Shown here in pieces: positions 10,412-19,570 of a stretch of DNA of 64,000 nt. The DNA is from Candidatus Latescibacterota bacterium (lineage in GTDB: Bacteria; Latescibacterota; UBA2968; GCA-2709665). Where the stretch lies: the NCBI GenBank assembly GCA_965205485.1, contig OZ242180.1, positions 3,776,001 through 3,840,000 on the forward strand, given 5' to 3'. Each line of letters opens with the position of its first letter. The stretch's first letter is position 1. Below the pieces are notes generated by a model. It was not told the DNA's origin and did not search any database. It saw only the letters and a program-made list of their open reading frames with translations. A program made the translations under genes and the position numbers.

Positions 10412-12421
10412 CTAATACCATTTATGCACCACGTGGCCATCCGGCTGGAACCAGACAGCGTCCACGACAACGCCCGCGGCCACGGACAATATGTAACCCA
10501 CAAGCATCCCGATGAAGAACGGTCTGGATTTCCGGTAGAAGGCGGCGCCGGCGAGCTTGAGCATGGTCAGCTTGACCAGCCATGCCACAAATATGGTCGC
10601 GCTGGTAAGCCTCGAGAGCGCCGTGCCGGAAAGGGCGAAGCCGATCGGATGCAGCGGCCACCAGACGAAGCGGTACCGCATCAGATTCAGCAAAGCCATG
10701 ACGGCGGCCCCGGCGAAGAAGAACCAGTAGTTGACCGGCTCGATGGGGCTGTCCACGGCCTTGATGGAGTTGGCGATGCCCTGAATCTGCCGGACGCCGG
10801 CGTGGATGATCAGCCAGTTGGGCTGGATATTGTATCCGCCGATAGTGTATCCGAGCCAGACGGTGTAGAGCGTGGATGTAACCATACCCACCACGAACGC
10901 CGCGCAGACGGCTCCGAAGAGCCGGCGTTTGCCCCCGGGCAGGAACTCCGCCAGGCGGTTGATGTGCGTCATCGTCCCCATGGAAAGGCCGCGGTAGTGG
11001 TTTACCGCGCGGGAGGACATGCTCAGCGCCATTTTGGTGTACGCGGTAAACGTGTGGGAACCGCCCAGAAACCGGCTGAGGAGACCCCACGCCGACGTGG
11101 GCGGGTTGAGGTAGACGATTCCGGAGTCCGCGAGCATTTTCGATACGGTCGTATACACGACGAGCATGCACAGGATGAGAAGGACGATGACCTTCACCTG
11201 CATGCCGATCCATCCCAGCCAGAGCGCCATGTAGAGACACCCGGCAATCAGGCCGATTACGGCGTGCCGGTACGAGAGCAGTTCGTTGCTGTCGTCGGGA
11301 GTCGGTCGATCGGGGTTGAAGGCTTTCCTGATGACGTCGCGCAGGTGGTGTCTTGCGACCCAGATCCCCCAGAGCGCGAAGGCCGTAAACCCGCCGGCCG
11401 TCTGCCAGATGTAACGCCCGCGGCCATAGTAGGGTGAGATGGCCGAGACGCCGAGCCCGCTGAGTATACCGCCCTCGAGAATGAAAAGGACGTCGAAAAA
11501 CCAGAGACTGAAGAGGATTTCCAGGCTGGCGAAGTACGAGAAGCAGATGACAACCGTACTCAAAAAGAAGAAACCGGGCGGGAAATCCCGCGAGAAAAAG
11601 AACCAGCGGGCGGAAGCGGTAGGGAAGCGCGGGAACTGGGGATAGAACCAGGCAATCATGTTCCAGCCGAAAACGAACGTGGTGAGCATGAACCCTGCCC
11701 AGAACGCCTTTCCCTTCATGAATTCAGGGAACCATCGTCTTCCCGTTCCGCCCTGTGTGGTAAACTCGACGATGGGTTCCATCGCGGGGAAGACGAGACG
11801 CTCGTATTCGGACCACTGCTTTCGGAAAATGACGGACAGGCAGGCCGCGGCAAGTGCGACGGCGCAGAGAAAGGTGAACCACCAGAAGAGGGGCACGGCC
11901 CAGACGCCCCAGGGAATGGACGCGCCCTGGGGCAGACCTTCGTAGAACCAGGCCATCGCGTTGCCTTCGTTTTCCGGAATCAGCCAACCCGGCAGGTACG
12001 GATGAAGGTACCGCGCCCATTCGTTCTCCTGGGTGACGAAATAGTGCGGCGCGACCATGATACCCACGAGGTAGCCGCTGATCCCGTAGGTAGGCCCCAG
12101 AGAACTGATGAATCCCATGCAGAAGATGGTGATCCATTCGGAGGACGAGAAGAGGAACCGCCGGCCGAACCTGTAGGCCAGCATCGAACAGACGATGATG
12201 GATACCAGCGTCAGGATCAGGTTGCCCATGGGCATATGGCTGTACGCCATAAACGACGCGTGGAGGACATAGCGCACCGTGTCGCCCAGGATACCGATGG
12301 CCACCGAAAGCAGGAGACCGTAGACGATGGACCTGACGGTCACGCCGCGATTCCTCGCTGCTTTCCGGCCGGTATCCATCCCGGCATCGGAATTCATCGA
12401 TTTCGCCGATGGCATTGACAT
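10412..12421 (-). CDS. DUF6785/DUF6784-like polytopic membrane protein (putative transporter)
   Basis: Many TM segments; W..P...W, RKQW...ERL.FP, RF.WWPLHPIG and PFFIG motifs; start uncertain (12421 or 12469). Confidence 0.75.
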   Translation of the reverse strand: MSMPSAKSMNSDAGMDTGRKAARNRGVTVRSIVYGLLLSVAIGILGDTVRYVLHASFMAYSHMPMGNLILTLVSIIVCSMLAYRFGRRFLFSSSEWITIFCMGFISSLGPTYGISGYLVGIMVAPHYFVTQENEWARYLHPYLPGWLIPENEGNAMAWFYEGLPQGASIPWGVWAVPLFWWFTFLCAVALAAACLSVIFRKQWSEYERLVFPAMEPIVEFTTQGGTGRRWFPEFMKGKAFWAGFMLTTFVFGWNMIAWFYPQFPRFPTASARWFFFSRDFPPGFFFLSTVVICFSYFASLEILFSLWFFDVLFILEGGILSGLGVSAISPYYGRGRYIWQTAGGFTAFALWGIWVARHHLRDVIRKAFNPDRPTPDDSNELLSYRHAVIGLIAGCLYMALWLGWIGMQVKVIVLLILCMLVVYTTVSKMLADSGIVYLNPPTSAWGLLSRFLGGSHTFTAYTKMALSMSSRAVNHYRGLSMGTMTHINRLAEFLPGGKRRLFGAVCAAFVVGMVTSTLYTVWLGYTIGGYNIQPNWLIIHAGVRQIQGIANSIKAVDSPIEPVNYWFFFAGAAVMALLNLMRYRFVWWPLHPIGFALSGTALSRLTSATIFVAWLVKLTMLKLAGAAFYRKSRPFFIGMLVGYILSVAAGVVVDAVWFQPDGHVVHKWY

Positions 12422-12517
12422 GGATTGCCGTTTCCTGAGACGATGCTGCGCGGGACCGACCTCCCGCACGGAAGAAGGCGCCGGATGCCAACCGTCACAA
12501 TTCCGCGGCAGGGCCGC

Positions 12518-13528
12518 TCAGAAGGGGTCTCGTACAATGGCTTCCGCGGTCGCGGCGGCGAGGGGGTTCAGCGCGGTCGCCCTTTGCAGGCACGCCGCTG
12601 CAAGGCTGTCCCGCCCCGACAGCATGTAGTAGTGCGAAAGGGTCTGAAAGCGTTCCGCCGTGGGATTCTCCGCGGCGTCACGTTCCAGATGGCGAATGCG
12701 CGCGGCCAGCCTGCTCTGGCGTTCGAAAACAGTCAACTGCGCCCCGGCCTCCCCTTCACGCCCGAGGGCGAGCAGAGACCGACCCGTCAGATATCGCGTG
12801 CGGGTGTGGTGAGGATCCAAAACGGCCGCCCGACGGAGATGAGACAATGCTGTGCGCGGACGTTTCGCCATGAGTTCGGCGCTGGCGACGTCGCAGAGCA
12901 GATCGACGTCTCCCGGGGAGTCCTCAAGGGCCTGCCGGAAACAAGCCGCAGACGAATCGAGTTCGCCACGGCTGAAGTGAACGCGCCCCAGGCCGGCGAG
13001 AATCCGCCCGCGGTCCCCGCCGAAAGCCCCGGCGCGCCGGAAATGGGTTTCCGCGTTGCCGAGGTTTCCCGCCGCGAGGTAGAATTCGGCCAGTTCCAGG
13101 GCGTGGGCGGGGTTGTCCGGCACTTCCTCGACGGCTCTCAGATAGGCGGCCTCGGCCTCCCGGTCCGCCCGTGCGTTGCGAAGGGCCCGCGCGTATATTA
13201 ACCACTCCTGCGGGCTCGATCCAGGTGGAGAAATCGCGTTGAGGGTTTTCTTCGCTTCGGCGAACCGTCCCCGTGCCGCCAGGAGATCCGAAAGACCGTA
13301 CCGCGCGCGCGCGGAGGGCGAGTGGATGGCGATGGATTCCCGGTACGACGCCATCGCTTCTTCTACGTCGCCGTGTTTCAACGCAGTTTCGGCGCGAATG
13401 CAAAGATCGGCGGCACGCTGTTCAGGAGTCCCGGACGTCGGCCGAAACCAGACGACCGCCAGCGCTACCGGAAACAGCACGACCAGAGTTCTATAACTCC
13501 GTACCGCAGAATTGACAAAATTTCGCAT
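12518..13528 (-). CDS. Membrane-anchored tetratricopeptide repeat protein
   Basis: N-terminal hydrophobic anchor; repeated A...LG......G...A...F..AL...P TPR units. Confidence 0.85.
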   Translation of the reverse strand: MRNFVNSAVRSYRTLVVLFPVALAVVWFRPTSGTPEQRAADLCIRAETALKHGDVEEAMASYRESIAIHSPSARARYGLSDLLAARGRFAEAKKTLNAISPPGSSPQEWLIYARALRNARADREAEAAYLRAVEEVPDNPAHALELAEFYLAAGNLGNAETHFRRAGAFGGDRGRILAGLGRVHFSRGELDSSAACFRQALEDSPGDVDLLCDVASAELMAKRPRTALSHLRRAAVLDPHHTRTRYLTGRSLLALGREGEAGAQLTVFERQSRLAARIRHLERDAAENPTAERFQTLSHYYMLSGRDSLAAACLQRATALNPLAAATAEAIVRDPF

Positions 13529-14327
13529 CGGGCTCCCGTGTCACGGCGTTGCATACCGCGCAGGACCGCGTGCCGGACCGGCCCTGCGCGGCCTGGAAGA
13601 TTTCGACCGACAGGATGCTCGAGGGCACGGCGATGATGCTGAACCCCAGTAACATGACAACAATCGCAAGGAGTTGGCCAGGTGCGGTTTTGGGAGATAT
13701 GTCGCCGTATCCGACCGTTGTGAGCGTCACGATGGCCCAATAGATGCTTCGGGGAATACTCGTAAATCCGTTATCCGGTGTTTCTATCACGTACATCAGC
13801 GAGCCAAGGACGACAACCGTCGTCATCACCGTGACCAGAAAAACCGCGACCTTTCGGTAGCTGGTTTGAATCGCCCGAACCATCAATTGGGCCGCGTTCA
13901 GGTATTGCACCAGTTTTAGTACGCGAAATACACGCAGGACACGTAGTATACGGATGACCACGAGATAATGACTGCCGGGCAGAAGCACATCGACATAGGT
14001 GGGAACGATGGCAAGCAGGTCAACAATGCCGAAGAAGGACGTCGCGTATCGCAATCGGCGTTCGGCGCAGACAAGCCGCAAAATATATTCGAGCGTGAAA
14101 ACGAGCGTAAAGAACCACTCAATGCCGTAAAGAAGGTCACCGTGGGTTTTCCGGACGGCGTCGACGCTGTCCAGCATCACGGTCAGGACACTCAAAATGA
14201 TGGTGAAAATGAGAACGAGTGCGAAACGGCGCCCCGCATGCGTTTCCGAATCGAACATGATATACCGGAGACGCAGGCGCCATCCGGAGGCCGGCCGGCC
14301 TCCGTTTTGTACGTGTGTCATTTGCAT
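13491..14327 (-). CDS. Voltage-gated potassium channel (ion transporter) with C-terminal zinc ribbon
   Basis: S4 segment RILRVLRVFRVLK, filter TTVGYGD, C-terminal CAVC...CQFCG. Confidence 0.92.
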   Translation of the reverse strand: MQMTHVQNGGRPASGWRLRLRYIMFDSETHAGRRFALVLIFTIILSVLTVMLDSVDAVRKTHGDLLYGIEWFFTLVFTLEYILRLVCAERRLRYATSFFGIVDLLAIVPTYVDVLLPGSHYLVVIRILRVLRVFRVLKLVQYLNAAQLMVRAIQTSYRKVAVFLVTVMTTVVVLGSLMYVIETPDNGFTSIPRSIYWAIVTLTTVGYGDISPKTAPGQLLAIVVMLLGFSIIAVPSSILSVEIFQAAQGRSGTRSCAVCNAVTREPDAKFCQFCGTEL

Positions 14328-14364
14328 TTCAGGATTTAATGTCCTGTCGCAAAAATTCCTCGCC

Positions 14365-14472
14365 ATTCGACCGCCGATTTATCCCGTCTCGCTGCGTTCC
14401 CCTCGCTCGCCGACCATACGCAGGTCGCCTGCGCTCCGGCACCTTGCGAGCCGGGCGACTCGGCGGTCGAAT
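14365..14472. repeat. 108-bp element bounded by 13-bp perfect inverted repeats
   Basis: ATTCGACCGCCGA (14365-14377) and TCGGCGGTCGAAT (14460-14472); internal CTGCGTT...CCTTG core. Confidence 0.6.
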
Positions 14473-14629
14473 TCAGGCAACTTATTTCCGGGACAGAACA
14501 TTAAGCCGAACATGATCGCAACCGACCCCTCGCTTTTCTCACCGCAATGGCAGCCTCGAATGCACGGATCGGGCGATTGCGGTCTGCGGCTGACCCAGGG
14601 CCGGAACGCCTTTACGGGACAGCGCCTCG

Positions 14630-15421
14630 TCAGTAACGGACGTCCACAAGCCATGCTTCTTTGGGATGGGATTCCCAGCGTTTTCTCAGGGCCGTCTCGT
14701 TGGGGCTGAACCTTCCGCCGTAGGAAATGCCGCCGTGCGAGATGTTGACGCTCACGGCGACACTGTCGCCGGCGGGCACCCAGTGGGGCGTGAGCAGTTG
14801 ATTCCAGAGCAAAACTCCTTTTTCCATCCTGTACGAGAGAATGTCGTCGGGGTCGTGATCCGGCGGTCCGTTCGGTCCTCTGAGCGCCTCGCGGTTGTTG
14901 ACGGCATCGTGGAGGGGTGCGTATTTGTAGGGATCCTTGAATGCATTGAAGTACTTTACGCCCCAGACCTGCCACGCCACGACGTGCGAGGTATCCATGT
15001 GGTACGACGAGCTGCAGTTCCTTCCGGAAATGAAAATGATGGGATAACAGCGTTGCCAGGTAAAACCGTTCGAGGCCAGAAAGGTGCGCCAGGGAATCAT
15101 GATCCTGTTCTGGAATTCCCGAAGGAACTGACCCTCGCCGTAGAAATTCTGCAGGTGAAAGTGTGCGAGCGAAAAGGGGCGGTCGATAACGTCGGCGATG
15201 GGTAGCGTTTTGAATTCCTCAGCCCTCGTTTTTTTCTCATCTTCCGAGATGTCGCCTGGAATGTTGATTCGTGCCTGACCGTCCTTTCGAAGGATGTCCA
15301 CGATTTCGTCCGCGGGTGGAAACGCCATTTCAAAACGGAAGAACTCAGGGTCGATCAGGAAATTCTGAAGGCCGTTCCAGCGATGCTTCAGTTCGTCTTC
15401 GTTCCGGACGATGATCCGCAT
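14630..15421 (-). CDS. JmjC/cupin-like Fe(II)/2OG oxygenase candidate
   Basis: YHMD (HxD), QVWG.K, PHWV distal His, SVN. Confidence 0.7.
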   Translation of the reverse strand: MRIIVRNEDELKHRWNGLQNFLIDPEFFRFEMAFPPADEIVDILRKDGQARINIPGDISEDEKKTRAEEFKTLPIADVIDRPFSLAHFHLQNFYGEGQFLREFQNRIMIPWRTFLASNGFTWQRCYPIIFISGRNCSSSYHMDTSHVVAWQVWGVKYFNAFKDPYKYAPLHDAVNNREALRGPNGPPDHDPDDILSYRMEKGVLLWNQLLTPHWVPAGDSVAVSVNISHGGISYGGRFSPNETALRKRWESHPKEAWLVDVRY

Positions 15422-15446
15422 GTTTCCTCCTGTTCAGACGCTGAAC

Positions 15447-16016
15447 TCAACTGGCGCAGGCCTCGCAGACGAGACCGAACCGCATCTGGCCGCTGTCCGG
15501 AATCTCAGTCTCGAAGTCGGTCCTGACGAAACCGTCCGTTGAGCCGCAAAAGTCGCATTTCCCGCGTTCGCGTCCGTCGGTTCGCGCATCTGCCTGACGT
15601 GCAGATTCCGCGGGGCCGGCGCAGGCTTTCAGATAGGCGGCAGCCTGACGCCGGATCCCCTTGTCGGGCTCCTTTTCCACCGCGCGTTCGAAAATGGCGG
15701 CAAGAGCCGGGTCGTCCGGTCGTCCGCCGTCTTCCAGGGTGTGCCACGCGGCTTTGCGCACGCCCCGATCGGGGTCTTCGAGCATGCGGTAAAGCGCCTG
15801 CCACACATCCTCACGGCGCCGTCTGATATGGCAGGGGCAGAGGAATCTGGCGGCGGTTTCCCGGTCTTCCGGGTCGTGGCTGCGGGAGAGTTTGACGAGC
15901 TTCCCGATGTTCTCGCCGCTGAAGCGCGCCTCTCCTATCCTGAATGCCCGCTTCTGAAATCTGTTCAGCCCGTGCTTCTTCCGTCTCAAGGTTTCACCCG
16001 TTCTACGATCCGGCAC
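15447..16016 (-). CDS. HEAT-repeat protein with CPCH motif and C-terminal CxxC...CxxC zinc ribbon
   Basis: DPEDRETAA, LEDPDRGVRKAA, D..IRRQAA; CDFC...CEAC. Confidence 0.7.
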   Translation of the reverse strand: MPDRRTGETLRRKKHGLNRFQKRAFRIGEARFSGENIGKLVKLSRSHDPEDRETAARFLCPCHIRRRREDVWQALYRMLEDPDRGVRKAAWHTLEDGGRPDDPALAAIFERAVEKEPDKGIRRQAAAYLKACAGPAESARQADARTDGRERGKCDFCGSTDGFVRTDFETEIPDSGQMRFGLVCEACAS

Positions 16017-16310
16017 GAACCTCTACCTTCCGTGCGACTGCCGGGCCGGACGAAAAGAGTGGACGATTGCTGACAATTGCGGCTACAATATAACATATGG
16101 CGTACCATTTTCAAAATTCTAGTCGCCTGGTACATGCCGGAGGAATTCACGCGCGTATTTCGTCAAAACAGAATCACCCATGCGCCGAAAATGGAGCACA
16201 CCGGGGACGGCGGCGCCCCGTGGCGCACTCGGAAGCGGGCCGCCGAAATTCCATCGGTCACCGCGCTCGCAGCAGTTGCAATCTCACCCTTATAGAGGGA
16301 GCCAGTAACC

Positions 16311-17576
16311 ATGGAACGAGTTCCGGATGAAGTTCGGTTGGATCTGCTGCTGAAGGGCGGGTGCGTCATCGATCCCGCGAACGACGTCGAAGGCATTCGC
16401 GACGTGGGAATTCGGGACGGAAAGATCGCCGAGGTCGCAGTCGGTATCGACCCGCAGCGGGCGAAGCGCGTCATCGACGTATCGGGCCTTCTGGTCGCGC
16501 CGGGGCTGGTGGATATTCACGTCCACGCCTACGACACCCGTGTGGAGCCGGCGCCCGGAAAATTCACCGCCAGCCTGAATGCGGACGCGCATTTTCTGAG
16601 CGACGGCGTGACGACCTGTGTGGATACCGGGACGGCAGGATGCGACGAAATGTCGCACTTCAGGCAGACGGTGATGGAGAAGAGGATCTGCCGGATATTG
16701 GCGTTTCTGAACATCTCGGCGCCGGGAATGGGGAATTCGGAGCAGGATATCCGCACGTTTGACGCAGCAGGCGCTGCATCAGCCGCGACGGACCAAAGGG
16801 ACGTGGTGGTCGGCATCAAGACGGCTCACTACTGGCCGCGAGGGCCGTTCGATGCCGACCATCCTCCCTGGGCCTCCGTTGACGGGGCGGTGGCGGCCGG
16901 GGACCTGTGCGGGATGCCGGTGATGGTCGACTTCTGGCCCCGCCCGCCGGAGCGTTCCTACAAGGAACTGATCCTCCGCAAGCTGCGTCCCGGCGACATA
17001 CACACGCACGTTTTCGCCCGGCAGTTTCCCGTTGTCGACGCGCAAGGCAAGGTGCGGGACTACATGTTCGAGGCCAGAGACCGCGGCGTCTGGTTCGATC
17101 TCGGCCACGGCGCGGCCAGCTTCTGGTACCGCAACGGCGTCCCCGCGATAGCGGACGGGTTCCCGCCGGACTCGATCAGTACGGACCTGCATACCGGAAA
17201 CATCCGCGGGTCCGTAGTCGGCATGACCGACACGATGTCCAAATGTCTCCTGATGGGAATGCCGTTGCGGGAGGTGATCTACCGGTCGACGGCGGCGCCG
17301 GCGGAGGCGATTCGCAGGCCGGACCTGGGCACGCTCGGGGTTGGGGAGGAGGCGGACGTTGCCGTACTCGCCCGCCTCAAGGGAGCGTTTTCCTTCCGGG
17401 ATTGCGGATGGGGACGGATGGACGGGAACGAGCGGCTGGCGTGCAAACTGACACTGCGAAAGGGGGAGGTTGTGTGGGACGGAGACGCCCTGACGGTCGC
17501 GGCGTGGCAGGACCTGCCCGACGACTACTGGGAGACGACGATTGTGCCGGTACCGATTCGGCGGCACTGGCGTTAA
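16311..17576 (+). CDS. Amidohydrolase/deacetylase-family (dihydroorotase-like) metallohydrolase
   Basis: PGLVDIHVH, GVTT.VD.G, LRPGDIHTH, DLGHG, ISTDLH. Confidence 0.9.
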   Translation: MERVPDEVRLDLLLKGGCVIDPANDVEGIRDVGIRDGKIAEVAVGIDPQRAKRVIDVSGLLVAPGLVDIHVHAYDTRVEPAPGKFTASLNADAHFLSDGVTTCVDTGTAGCDEMSHFRQTVMEKRICRILAFLNISAPGMGNSEQDIRTFDAAGAASAATDQRDVVVGIKTAHYWPRGPFDADHPPWASVDGAVAAGDLCGMPVMVDFWPRPPERSYKELILRKLRPGDIHTHVFARQFPVVDAQGKVRDYMFEARDRGVWFDLGHGAASFWYRNGVPAIADGFPPDSISTDLHTGNIRGSVVGMTDTMSKCLLMGMPLREVIYRSTAAPAEAIRRPDLGTLGVGEEADVAVLARLKGAFSFRDCGWGRMDGNERLACKLTLRKGEVVWDGDALTVAAWQDLPDDYWETTIVPVPIRRHWR

Positions 17577-17657
17577 CTTGAAATGCACCGCGCAATCACC
17601 CGCGCGGTCGACGGCCCACGCCCCCGTTTTGGCGTTCATCGGAAGAATTGGATTCAC

Positions 17658-18800
17658 CTACCAGTCGGCCACGCTCCCGTCGGACTCATACGTGTATTCG
17701 CCGCCGAGTTCCTCCGTGTACCTGCACGCTCTCCGGACTTCGCGTTCATCGAGTTCAATACCCAGTCCGGGTTCTGCGGGGAGCGCAATGTGTCCGTCCT
17801 TCACCCGCCAGGGGTTCTTCAGCAAACCTTCTCCCAGGCACGCGTCGACCTGCTCCTGAATCAGAAAGTTGGGCGCGACGGCGTCGACGTGCAGGCATGA
17901 CGTGAACGCGACGGGTCCGATAGCGCAATGGGGCATGATGTGCATATAGTAAACTTCGGCCATGTTGGCGATCCTGAGGGTCTCCGAAATGCCTCCGGCG
18001 TGCGAAACGTCCGGCTGGATGTAGGCCGCGGCCTGATTTTCGAAGATCCTGCGAAATTCCCATCTGCTGAGCAGTCGCTCACCGGTGGCGATGGGAAAGG
18101 GGACCCGCTCGGAGACGCGCTTCAGGGCATCCACGTTCTCCTGCGGCACGGGTTCTTCCACGAACATCGGGCGCATCCCCTTGAGTTCGTGGCAGATTTC
18201 AATCGCCAGCGCCGGCGTCATTTTTCCGTGGAAATCGAAACACAGCTCCACATCGGGGCCGACCCACTCCCGCATCAGGTACGCCCGGCGGACGAATTCA
18301 TCGATCACGGCGGGGGGTTCATGGCCCCGCCACTTTCCTCCGGGCCCGGTCTTGAAAGCCTTGTAGCCCCCGGCCTTCCGGAGGCTGTCAAGGCGTTTCC
18401 GTGAAGCCGCCTGTTCCTCTTCCGAAAGCCCCCCGATTCCCCAGTGCGCGTAGACCCGAATCCTGTCCCGTACCGGGCCGCCAAGCAACCGGAACACGGG
18501 CGCGCCATGGTATTTGCCCGCGATGTCCCAGAGCGCCTGGTCGATCCCCGACAGGGCGGTCATCAGGACGGGGCCTCCCCGATAGAACGCGGATCGGTAG
18601 ATATGCTGCCAGTGGTGCTGGATTCTGAGGGGGTCTTTTCCGGAGAGATAGGTCGCGAGTTCCTCGATAGCGGCCATGGTGCTTCCGGGCCTTCCCTCCA
18701 GCGTGGTTTCCCCCCATCCCGCCAGGCCGTTATCGGTCGTGATTTTCAGAAGGCGGGTGCGCGGCCTTGGAAAGAACTGTTCGATGCGATCGATTTTCAT
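17658..18800 (-). CDS. dgoD: Galactonate dehydratase-like enolase-superfamily enzyme
   Basis: GWGE..LEG, FYRGGPVLMTALSGIDQALWDI, DFHG, FVEEP, TGERL, IQE. Confidence 0.8.
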   Translation of the reverse strand: MKIDRIEQFFPRPRTRLLKITTDNGLAGWGETTLEGRPGSTMAAIEELATYLSGKDPLRIQHHWQHIYRSAFYRGGPVLMTALSGIDQALWDIAGKYHGAPVFRLLGGPVRDRIRVYAHWGIGGLSEEEQAASRKRLDSLRKAGGYKAFKTGPGGKWRGHEPPAVIDEFVRRAYLMREWVGPDVELCFDFHGKMTPALAIEICHELKGMRPMFVEEPVPQENVDALKRVSERVPFPIATGERLLSRWEFRRIFENQAAAYIQPDVSHAGGISETLRIANMAEVYYMHIMPHCAIGPVAFTSCLHVDAVAPNFLIQEQVDACLGEGLLKNPWRVKDGHIALPAEPGLGIELDEREVRRACRYTEELGGEYTYESDGSVADW

Positions 18801-18850
18801 GCGGTTTCCTTCATGAGCAGGACCGCTCCCTGCTCTTTACGTCCGTTTCT

Positions 18851-19531
18851 TCAGACATGGCGGTCCAGGGTTGAGAGACAGGCGCGCGTGTGTGGAATGG
18901 GATCCGCCGTGCCGCCCTGGAAACGCGTACGGGTGTCGTCGACAAGATGGTCGAGTTGCTCAGGGGTGTCCACGTCGTACCAGGACGGCAGGATGCCGGC
19001 TGTGAGACCCAGGGACCGCACCCGTTCAAGCGTCTGGTCGAAAACGCGCTCCGTACTCCATGCGATGTCCTGGAAGATCTCGCGCAGGGGCCTTGCGAGG
19101 CCAACCAGATAGTACCCGCCGTCCGTGCTGGGACCGAGCACGATATCGTGACCCTGAAGGAGTTCGAATGCACGGTTGACGTGGCGGGGCGGCAGCGATG
19201 GCACGTCGGTTCCGATGATCACGACGCGTCCGGCGCCCAGATCGAAACAGTGGCGGGCCGCCTGATACATACGTTCGCCGAGATCGGCACGGGCCTGCGG
19301 GAAAAGGATCCAGCCCGGTCCGGCCAGATCGGAAAGATCGGCTTCGGACCCGGGCGGGTCGCAGGCCACGCAGCGCCGATCCGCGGTTGCTTCGTTCGCG
19401 GCTTGTACGGTGTCCAGGATGAAAGCGCGATAGATTGCCGCTGCCTGATTCGGCGTGTACCTGGAATGCAGTCTGGTCTTGACCGAGCCGGGTTCGGGGT
19501 TCCTTGCAAAGATAATGAGACAGGTGCTCAC
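18851..19531 (-). CDS. DUF2064/TIGR04282-family glycosyl/nucleotidyltransferase-like protein
   Basis: FAR.P.PG.VKTRL, DLGERM, IIGTD.P, LGPS.DGGYYL, DVDT. Confidence 0.85.
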   Translation of the reverse strand: MSTCLIIFARNPEPGSVKTRLHSRYTPNQAAAIYRAFILDTVQAANEATADRRCVACDPPGSEADLSDLAGPGWILFPQARADLGERMYQAARHCFDLGAGRVVIIGTDVPSLPPRHVNRAFELLQGHDIVLGPSTDGGYYLVGLARPLREIFQDIAWSTERVFDQTLERVRSLGLTAGILPSWYDVDTPEQLDHLVDDTRTRFQGGTADPIPHTRACLSTLDRHV

Positions 19532-19570
19532 GGCTGCCCGGGTTGATTGGGTTGTTTGACGCGGGCGGAT

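Noticed and set aside
14285..14304. GC palindrome CGGAGGCCGGCCGGCCTCCG
   Set aside because: Inside a CDS and plausible by chance at this GC content
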